DNA from: Catajapyx aquilonaris
Lineage: Eukaryota
Assembly: GCA_000934665.2 (NCBI GenBank)
Contig: JYFJ02003992.1
Coordinates: 1-35,846 of the forward strand
DNA: 35,846 nt
Reading direction: 5' to 3'
Shown: piece by piece, positions 1-10,400 of the stretch
Position numbering within the stretch: the stretch's first letter is position 1
How the letters are laid out: every line of letters starts with the position of its first letter
Notes under the pieces: generated by a model
Database searches by the model: none
What the model saw: only the letters and a program-made list of their open reading frames with translations
Told to the model about the DNA's origin: nothing
Position numbers and translations under genes: made by a program

Positions 1-340
1 ATTCTTATTATGATGTTTATTATTATGATTACATTTCCATGGTAACTGGTTCAAGGACTATAACAGAGTGGGACCTGGTGGGACACTGATGCAAAACCTT
101 TCAGTCTGCTCCCTTCAGACGTTGAAGAGGGTGTGGCAATTCCTATTGTATTTTTTGTGCTGATGTCAAAAGAATATGTTAACTAATATTTTCTATCACC
201 TACAGTTATTGAGTAATTTGCATTTTATGGTATCAAAAAACTTCTCTTAATGTACGCTAGAGTCATACACTTTGAAATAAAGTTGTGAGTAAGTAATGAC
301 TAATATGGGTTAGTTAATGGATGGTACCTTATAAAATATA

Positions 341-922
341 CAGGGTGGTCGGTAAATGGCGCACAAGCTTCAGGTAGCGAGATTCCTTGTGAAAAACCAG
401 TATATGGAAGTGAAGGTCATATTGCTCTACGAGGCCTGGTCAGGGCTCACGAGGCCTCCAAAGTTTGGGCCAAATCATGACGTCACATCCGCCCGCGAAA
501 TTCAAACACTACCGTATCGCTACTGTCTGTGATTTCGTTGCCAGGGATTGCCATGTTGACACCCCCCACATTTCCAACCTACAATGGAACCGTATAAACT
601 CGCCGGGACGTTGCCAGGCATTGCCATACCGTCGTCGCCGCGTGCTTGGCGACGTCCCAGGGAGTTTATACGGTTCTATTGTTGTGTGGAAATGTGGGGG
701 ATGTCAACATGGCAATCCCTGGCAACGAAATCACAGACAGTAGCGATACGGTAGTGTTTGAATTTCGCGGGCGGATGTGACGTCATGATTTGGCCCAAAC
801 TTTGGAGGCCTCGTGAGCCCTGACCAGGCCTCGTAGAGCAATATGACCTTCACTTCCATATACTGGTTTTTCACAAGGAATCTCGCTACCTGAAGCTTGT
901 GCGCCATTTACCGACCACCCTG
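341..922. mobile_element. Fold-back MITE (Tc1/mariner-type), 582 bp
   Basis: TA-CAGGGTG...CACCCTG-TA; outer 221 bp of the arms are perfect inverted repeats, inner about 59 bp imperfect, loop about 22 nt. Confidence 0.92.
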
Positions 923-1523
923 TAGATACGAAAATCCTCATATGGAATAATGTTTTCCCCTTTAAATATTCATAAGGTGACATTGAGCAATGTGCAGTAA
1001 TGATTCTAGAAAACAAGGTATGCTTGTTACAATAAAATGGATGCCGATATTACAATTCTGACTTCATATTCACAATCAGCGCCTACTAATACATGCGAGA
1101 CACCAAAAATGGCGCCTTAAACAAAACCCAATGTTGCCAAATAAATTAATGATATTTATCTATGCAAAGTAGTACCATGACCCATGCATGGGGAGGTGCG
1201 GTGTCTGTGGGGGGGGGGGGGCGTTCCTGACCCGCACCTAGGGGGTTCCCTTGCAACCTGACCCCTTGGGGGGACTGCACACGACCCCCAACATAAAGAC
1301 AACGCACTTGCGCACAAATCCCCTCCTCACAAATCCCTATCCTGAATTCCTGATCCCTGCACTGGAGAGAAAAATGCGAAAGAAAATTCGCAAGAAAAAA
1401 TGGTGGTATATTCCCCCCGCCTAAGGGATGAGCCAATATGGTTCCAGCACGCGGTAGCAAAAAATAATATTTAAAAAATCATAAAAGTCAATGAAACCTG
1501 AATATACCTGTACAGTATAGTTA

Positions 1524-2173
1524 TAGTTAATTCCGGATGTAACAGCCTCGGTTACCTATAACCTTGCTATAACTGACTTTCGGTTATAATAACTGACTCG
1601 AAAGGCTGGCCCCGCCATACTTCCATGTAATGCCCTGTGTATTTTTACTCCTGATATAACGTACTCATTTTCACCTCACCTCGTCGGCTATACGGTTTTT
1701 TTGGACCCTCGGCGGGAAAATATGCCGTTTTTGATTACTCAACTTCCCTTCCCAGCCCGCACTGGTCCACTGGAAGGCAAAGAATACTGGATGGAGGGGG
1801 GTGATTTTCGCATCTGTCACTGATCATCTAAATTACTAAAATTCACACTTTTTCTGGCATATTTGGAACAAGGAATGGCGGAAGAAAATTACGGACTTTG
1901 GTTTTTGGTCGTGCATAATTTACGGGTGAGCACATTTTGCACTTTTTTGTGTGGATAGTTTCATTGGTGTATACAGTAGTGTGCATTATACCAAGATTAT
2001 AGCCTATACGGATATGGAAAGCAGGAAACTGTGTATTATCAAGAGCTAACATTTACTCTTGGAGCTAATGGTATTATTCGGTGCAAAGAGTCGATTTGGC
2101 TATGTAACTGCTATAATCGGTTATAGCAGACTTTCCGCGTTCCCTTGAAGTCTATTATATCCGGAGTCAACCA
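1524..2173. mobile_element. Decayed pogo/Tigger-like MITE
   Basis: Imperfect TIRs TAGTTAATTCCGGATGTAA / TTATATCCGGAGTCAACCA, with subterminal TATAAC/GTTATA motifs. Confidence 0.55.
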
Positions 2174-2199
2174 ATATTCATTGCTTCGAACATTCCATT

Positions 2200-2544
2200 G
2201 CGAGCACCGAGAGTCCTCCAGAGTGAAAAAACGCGCCTTGTGACGTCACTCCCCAGAGCATTCTGGGTATGACGTTTTAGAGTGGAGGGGGTGGTGAGTG
2301 TGTGGAGTGATGGGGGAGGGTATAGGGAGGGGTTGGGCAGGGGGAGCAGGGGGTACGTTTTCCCTCCGAAAAGCCAAGGGGTAAAAGCGGACGGTAAAAA
2401 AAGCACTGCGTGGTGCGTGTGGCAGGCAGGCAGAGAGAGCAGCGCATCGGGGAGGGGAGGGAGGGAGAGTAGGAGAGAGTGGAGAGAGGGGCGCGGGGGG
2501 AGGGAGGGAGGGAGGGGGACATCTCTCCCCCTGTGAACTCCAAA
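2200..2544 (+). promoter_or_regulatory. TAF4 promoter / 5' UTR: CpG-rich, CRE palindrome TGACGTCA (2241-2248), G-run cluster (about 2311-2353)
   Basis: Lies directly upstream of the ATG; CpG-rich; perfect CRE plus a second TGACGT at 2270; multiple G3+ runs and a purine tract. TSS not determinable from sequence. Confidence 0.55.
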
Positions 2545-3000
2545 ATGGCGTCGGCAAAGTTCCTCGAGGAAGCGCTGTCGACGGACGTGGACGAGTCGGC
2601 GGTCAGCGCGCTGGTGGGGTCCCTCGAGACACAGCTGGTCTCGAGCGGAGGGGGACAGGCCCCGTCCTCCCCTGCCTCGCACAACCCTGGCACCAACCCA
2701 CAGCCGGGACCCTCGTTGAACCACGTCAACAACGGGCTGCCCGCCACCTCCGCTGGGTCCTCCTCTGCTGCCTCCACTTCTTCCCCCGCAGCGGTGGTGC
2801 AGCAGCAGCAGCAATCCTCCTCCTCCTCCTCCTCGTCGTCGTCGCCAGCCACGCCGCCCTCCACCGCACTGGCGCCTGTCGGACCCAACAGCGCGCCACT
2901 CGCTGCAGGCGCCACAGTGCCTGTCCCCTCCTCACCCACCGCACCCAACTCTGGACACAAGTTTGGGGTGGCCAATGGTGGGGTTGCAACGCAGCAGCAG
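2545..3000 (+). CDS. TAF4: TAF4 coding exon 1
   Basis: CAAAATGGCG start context; conserved N-terminal motif followed by S/P/Q-rich sequence; donor CAG|GTATAC, phase 0. Confidence 0.9.
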
Positions 3001-4391
3001 GTATACACACGCTCCATGGGTTGTGCAGGCAGCGCTCACGAGTTACTTGGACCATGTCGCCATGGTGGCACACTGAGTCGCTCTGTGATTATGAGCCTCT
3101 CGTTGTGTTGAAACACATGGCTAAAGGTCATGTATTTGCACATGGCTCAACATTGCACTTCATGCCAACATAGAAAGACTTCACACATGCTTTTTATCAC
3201 GTTCACAGTGAAACCTGCATGTAGCGGAATCTCTCTATTGGACAACGCTATATCTGGCAATCCCAAATGCGGATTATTATTTTTATTATCATAAGTGCAT
3301 TTAAAATTTCATTGCGGTGGCCCAGATTCCATTCTTCTGTTTGTGTTCGCAGTATTTTGTGTGTCGGCAGGGATTTTGGGGGGGCACAAATTTACAAATG
3401 TGAGTGTGGTGAAAGGCATATTCTTGACGTATCGTCCCCCTTTCATGTTAGCTCATCACTGGGTCTTGGGAGACGCAAAACACAATACAACTCTCTAGAA
3501 ACTATTCATAACCTCAGCCATGTGTAATCTAGTATGGAGTAAGTGAGAAAACGTGTGTTTGTGCCATCCAGTGATACCCAGAGTTAATTCAGCCTCAATT
3601 CCCTGATACACATGGTGTTTCTTAATCAAGGACCAAGAAATGCTCTCTGCATCAACAGTAGACAGGTCCCAGTTTATCCAACCAAAATTCTAAGAACTGT
3701 CTCTCGCTGCTGAGACCAAATTTATTTTTTTGCAGTAGACAAATTTCCGCTATATCCAGGATCTACTACAGACAGGTTTCTGTGCAGTATGTTAATTGAC
3801 AGTTAAATATTACTACACATGTTGCACACTATACATGATAATTATATTACATGTGCTCACATAATTATGGTCTTTATGGGAAGTATTTGGCATCTGAACT
3901 TTCCAAATGGATAATGTAGTTTTGTAACAAAGAGTTGTATACTGACGAATGCCCATATTTCATCTGTTCACCATTTGAATGCAATTAGCTGCAAATTATC
4001 TTGAGTTGAGCTGTTGAAGTGATGAGATTACTTTGCATGTAATGGAATTTGACTGGTCATTATTGCAGCTCTGGCGAGCTTGATTGATGTGCAGTATGCA
4101 CCGTATAACCGTCCGAGGTACCAAGGAATAGGTTTTCACAGTTCAGGAAGTGTTCGTTGGTGTTGGTACACTCTGCCTTTTGTACTGAATGGCGGTCAAT
4201 GTTACATGGATTGGGCATTTCCCTGCAATTTGCATGAAACAAAAATTTCAGCTTGTGGCAATTGAGTGCATGGATATTGCTTCTAGCAAGTGATACCAGC
4301 ATTAATGCATGCTGCTTTTAATATTGTAAGCCATGCAGGTGGCTAGTAAATGCAGGTATGAGAAGCAGTATCAGCAGTGCAAGGAATGCTT

Positions 4392-4439
<48 letters not shown>

Positions 4440-7400
4440 CACCTGAATTCAACTGCAAGTTTGTTAGGATTGTAGTTATAGTAGTGTTATTGTTCATATA
4501 AGCAACTGATTTTTTGTAGTGTGTGTGCATTGTGATCAATTGAAATGACTGTAAGCTTGAAAGTTTGGTATTGAGTTATTTTGATTGGTTTCATTTTTAA
4601 GCTTCAATTTTGATGTGTAGGTCTTGCCATAATCTATGAGGGATGGGCTAGAAATCACTAGGAAGCGTGACGTAGTTTAGGATAGAATTTTCCAATTGAA
4701 AAGGCAACTTTGAGAGGTATTAATATAAAATGAAAATAATGTTTGATTGACATACTCGTACCAAGACATTACATTCAATATGTGACCAGAAAAATTAATT
4801 AAGTACAATGGTCTTTTTAGCCAGTAAAATTACTAATTTTTATTAAATTAATTTGTCTGGCTGAAAGCATTTTGCTGCTGCTGTGTTGGTGTCATTATTA
4901 TTCTTATTCTTATTCTTATTCTTATTATTATTCTTGTTGTTGTTGTTATTATTATTATTATTGATGTTGCTGCAATTATTATTTGCATAGTTTAATTGCG
5001 ATTGTAATTATTGTTATGAATGTGGAAGAGTCCAGTGCTATTGCTTTCAAGAGCTGCTTTTGATGCCTTGAAAATCTAAAGCTAACTAACATCCTTAACA
5101 CAAGCCAACTAAAAATAAAGATTTCTAAACTGGTCTGTTCTACAGTCCCTGCTCCCATGCGCATGTAGCCTAGCTTATGCTTGTTGCACTCACCATATTA
5201 AAACCAAACTTGTCTTGCCCCCGTTTTGTTTTGTAAAGCGTGCCACCTACTGGACGCATAACAAAACACAACTCCCCCGCCAGGCATTGGTGTCAGCGGC
5301 GCCATCCACCACGGTAGCAGCAATGATGCTGAATGCTACTGGGGGCACCTCCGGCGACCTTGGGAAGGGTGGCCTTGGGGTCCCTGCCAGTGGCTACCTG
5401 AACCAAGTTGTCACTTCTGCAACCCCAACCCTGACCTCCCAGCAGGCAGTGACCTCATCAGTTAAGCCTGGCGTTGAGACAATTAAGATTGTGTACCCAC
5501 CTGGAAGCCAACCAATTTCAACAAGCGCCATCAACAGCCGCATGGGTCAGGTGACCACAGCATTGCCAAATGGGAGTTTAGGGATGAGCTTACCCTTGGT
5601 GACGGCGGCAACAGCACAATCAGTGATTAATGCAGCAGTCAGACCAGCACTAGTGGGGAAGGTGCCAGGAATGACCACGGTGGCGACCACAATGCAACAG
5701 CAGCAAGGTGGAAGTGGAGGAAGCATGGCGACAACCCCATCATTGGTGATAAAGTCAGCAGGTGGTGCTGGGATGCCTGCTGGAGTCATGTCTGTGCCTG
5801 TGGGTGCAATGGTTCCTGCAAGTGCAGCTGCTCACCTTGCACAGGTAATATACACTGTAAGGATCCCCAAGGAGTACAATAATACTTTTATCACTTAAGT
5901 TACCCTGCTTGAAAAAAGGTTGACCACTGGGAATCATGAGCGTGGGAATAAAATTCTGATTGTTGTTTCAAATGGAATAGAGAAGGATTTGTTATTGTAA
6001 ATTAGAAGAGTTTTTCATTGGATTTTATTCATAATTAATTTAATTTTAATTTTGTGGAAAGTATTTCACAGTCTGATACGATACGTGGGTTGATTCCTAA
6101 GTCATGGGGCATATTTTTATAATAAATAATGGTAACACATACAGAGATGACCTTTGCTGAGTTTTGAAGCTCCGGCGATTACAATTTGATCTGGCACATA
6201 GATGTCCCCCATGTCGCAAGGGAGGAGGGAAACAAAAGGTTATCGCGACCGCACCATCGCCCTAAGATGGCCCGAGCCTGACTCGCTTGGAGCTGTTGGA
6301 CGCTGCATGCTGGACACTCGGAGATGGACAACACTGGAGCTTTCTTTTGAGTGTGGGACCAGGAAGAGCACTATGACTGGAGCCATGTGTCATCCATCAT
6401 CACAAACTGTTTGAAAAAACCATCGTCCTCAATGCAATTGAGTTCCAAGTGAAGGCAAAATGGTGGCTCTTTTGCACCTCAAAGAGATAGTGAGGAACCA
6501 GTGAGGATGCCAACTTCTTGAGACATTTCAGTGTTTCCGAGTCCTAAGCTGAGTACTCTGACTTGTCCCACACTCGAAAGCAAGATCCTGTGTTGTCCAT
6601 CTCCAAGTGTCCAGCGTGCAGCCTCAAACAGCTCCAAGCGTGTCAGCCTCTTCTTAGTGCAATGGTGCGGTGAGTCACGTTCCCCTTTTGTTTCCCTCCC
6701 TCCCTTGCGATATGGGCGACATCTATATGCCAGATCAAATTGTAATCGCCGGAGCTTCAAAACTCAGCAAAGGTCATCTCTGTATGTGTTACCATTTTTG
6801 AATTTAAAAATATGCTCAATGACTTGTGTAGTGTACCAACCCACGTATGAAGATGCTGAATGATGCAATTTTGCACATTGGAATAATTGGGCCCTTTTTC
6901 CATTGGCAATGAAAACACTAAGAAAATAACACTGGCATTCATAGTCTCATGATACTTTTAGCTGGCACATGTTTGATGGAGAAGTATGAGGGCCGTTCCA
7001 AAATTATTTATAATTTATATTTTTGTCACAAATACAAGGCCCTTGAAGGTTAGCAGATAGGCACACATTATTTGCAGAATCATCCTGAAGCCGACTGGAC
7101 AGGAATCTCGGGTGTGCCAACCACTGCAGGCCCTCCAGGAACCACCTTTTGGTGGTGTGACGCACCCACTCCTGGACAACTGCTTGCAGTAAACAATGGT
7201 CAGCAACGATCTAGAAATGGTGTCGGCAAAGGGATTATTTCATAGATATGGCTCTGGGTGCTTCCACACGTGCTGTACTCCCCTGACCTGGCCCCCTGTG
7301 ACTTTCACCTGATTGGAGACATTAAAAAATCCCTTCATTGATGCCATTTCGAGGACATTTGTTGATTATGAAAAGTTGTCCAGGAGTGGGTGGTTGGAGG

Positions 7401-10400
7401 GTCTGAAGAGGTTGGTACACCCATGACTCCTGTGCATTCGGCTCCAGGAGGATTCCATTGATAATGTGTGCATCTGCTGACCTGCATGGGCCCTGTACTT
7501 GGGGCAAAAAATATTTTTTTTAAATGTAAATCATTTTGGAATGGACCTTGTACATTTAGGAGAATGAAGGTTGGCCTGCATCTTCTCAAGCCAATGGTCC
7601 AGTGGCAGGCTTGGATCACTCTGTATTTATGGGACAGGGTACAATGTGTTTTAAGTATTGGAGCCCTTTTTGTTATTGCAAGTTTCGCCCCAAGTTTTTA
7701 TTTTTGATTGTAACAGCATTTTGTGCCCTGATCAAGGTGCCCAATTATTCCCAGGTTGGTTGCATGTAGCACCTGGTTGAATGTAGTAGTCCCAAACGAG
7801 ATGTCCTCATTTGGGGTGCAAAAAGCTGCACAAAAATAACAGCTTCGGGTGAAACTTTACGTAACTAACAGTTCCTGAACACTTGGAGCACTGTATATTG
7901 CCATTTGTAAACTGGATATTATTCTCGCCAATTCTACTCTGGGAAGAACTGGCACACTTGCTGGGATGTTCAGTTGGGATCTTATTGTGTGACATAAAAT
8001 CTGACTTTCACCCCTTTTTTCACAGATGAATCCTGCTATCACCACTACCTCTGGGATGGCAACTGCTATGGCAGGGATGCCTGGTGGTGCCACCACTGTA
8101 GTAACTCTAACTCCCAAGATGGCTGGAGGAGCAGCAGGAGGGATGGTGACAGCCTCCGGAGCATCTCCAACAGTGATACCTGCAGGCCCCCTTCAGATTC
8201 TCAACATGAATGCCATGAGGCCTGGACCTATCTCCACCCAAGGGCAAGTCCAAGGTCAAGGCCAGAAGACTTTGGCACCAAGGGTTGTCATTGCACCTCC
8301 GCAGATGGTTAGACCTGGACAGCCAGGGGTGAGTCTAGTGAAGTAATGTGTGCAGATTGAAATAGCTTGTTAAAAATATACCTTGAGCAGTTTATAGTAA
8401 TAGCTAATTGATGAATAGCTGTTTTTCTGACTAGTTTTGTAATGGTGCAACCTGGCTAATAGAGACACCTCTAACAATGAGATGAGGTAAAGTGTCATGC
8501 ATTACTCACTTCAGTCAAGACTCTGTGCTGCAATTCCAAATGCATTGTAGAACTTACTGGTGAGGATTCACTGTGACTGGAGCAAGTATTTCATAACATT
8601 TACTCCACTCCATTGTTAGGATCTGTAAATTCATGAACTGTGCCACCCTGTACGTGTCGAGTGCCAAATTTCAATAAGATGACTGCTTGTAATACTCCCC
8701 AGTTCAATTTACGTGAATGCTAGGGTCCTTTCCAGCAACATGTATATTCTTAATATCACTCACCTAGTCACCCCCTTGTCCCCCACTGTCGTCCCCTTAT
8801 TAACAGGAGCCTCTGCGCTGCCTTTTATTCTTAATCGTTAATTATTCCAGATACTGGTACTCCCTTCATTTTTGATGGCAAAGTTGAATTCTGCCGTGCT
8901 GATAATTTATAGTTGCATGTAAACTTCTCCCCAGAGCTTTGTAGTTATGTAGAATGTTAGGCAAACGTGAAAGTCTTTGCCATTTTGATTTATAAATGTA
9001 GTGGCACTAATTTTGTATGCATATTATCGTTAACATGGTATTTAATTTTCTCTCTCAATCATGGAAAAGAGAATGTTTAATAATAGGTATAGGATTAGGA
9101 AAAGGGCCAGTACAGAGGCAGACCGTGATTAGGACATGCCTGGTAGCGAAAATGGGTGAGGAGGTGGGACTGGTGGTGGGCTCAGCTACCAGCACTAGTG
9201 TGGAGGCAGAAAATTGTGTGTCGAGGTGACTTTTTTTTTTCACTGTGCAAGTGTACTTCTACTTCTTACTCCTAATCCACCCAGGTTAAAAAGACTTGTG
9301 AGTGAGAGCAGAAATAATCAAGGTCGATGTAAATCTAGCAATGCATTCAGAAGAATAGGACGAAGCTCCAGATGTAATACTATGAGAGCATTAGGACACC
9401 ACCAGATGTCAGCAAACCTTCCATAATTCCAGTCCTCTTCCTTCGCTTGGCGTTCACATGTGGTCCCTCTGCCTTGGTGACATTATTTGGTTTACTCCAC
9501 TGGTACTCCTTACTCCTCCTCTATCCACATCTAATTTTACAAGAAAAAAGCAAAGGGGCATTATGCCTTGCCGTGCAAGCAATGTCCTTAGGGCCGAATT
9601 CAGAGAGATGCCCCAAACGCATGGTTCAAGGGCATTTAACTAACAGCGTGGTTAAGGCTTTTAAGCAACCTCTCATACAATGACCTCTAACGGAGGCTGG
9701 GTAGCAAAAAGAAAAAGTGAATTGGCATCGCTGTATTACTAGCATTTTGTGCCCTCCAGGTATGCCCCCCAACCTGACCACCTCTGCCAACCTCTCCTTC
9801 CCCCTTGACTTTTGCCACCCAACCACCCAACCCCCCTCTCCTGCCAGACTGCCTGATCCAACATGGCGCCGTGGAGGGGAAGAAAATTCAGAGCATGGTT
9901 TAGCATGGTCTGCTGAGAAAATCTGGGCAGTTTTCGCCCGTCCTCCAGCGTGCCAAGCGTATACAATGAAACCGCAGGGCAGCCAGGGGGGTCCCGCCCT
10001 ATGGTTCAACCTGTGTAGCCTGTGATAGATTAGTTATTCCAACAGTGTACTAGTGACAGTGTGTGCTGTTTCCTATGCGTATCTGTGCTTATTCCGCAAT
10101 AACTAGTCCTGTATGGACATCAGGAAAGTGTTCCAGGCCAGGTAGGACTGCAACTGCGAATTTTGCAGGCACATGAGGTCCATAATCAACTATAGGTTCT
10201 GCTAGTGTTAAAGGAATGTTGCATGCAAAAGATATTTATGGAAGATTTCAGGTATTATTGACCAATGATTGTGGCTCTGTTTTGTGAAATATGAAGATAT
10301 GGTTGGTTTTGTATGTTTGTTCTTCAAGTGCTAATGGTATTAATGCCTTTCTCTGGATGTTCTCTTACTGCACAGTGCACTGTAAACCCCCTTTCACTAC

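Noticed and set aside
1146..1460. 104-aa ORF or G/C-run element upstream of TAF4
   Set aside because: No protein similarity recognisable and no clear terminal repeats.
2167..3073. Long minus-strand ORFs (215 aa, 246 aa) over TAF4 exon 1
   Set aside because: Antisense shadows of a GC-rich, low-complexity coding exon; no recognisable domain.
6864..7765. Older TIR pair (GGAATAATTGGG / CCCAATTATTCC) enclosing mariner copy 1
   Set aside because: Only about 12-15 bp match clearly; suggestive of another nesting but too degenerate to call.
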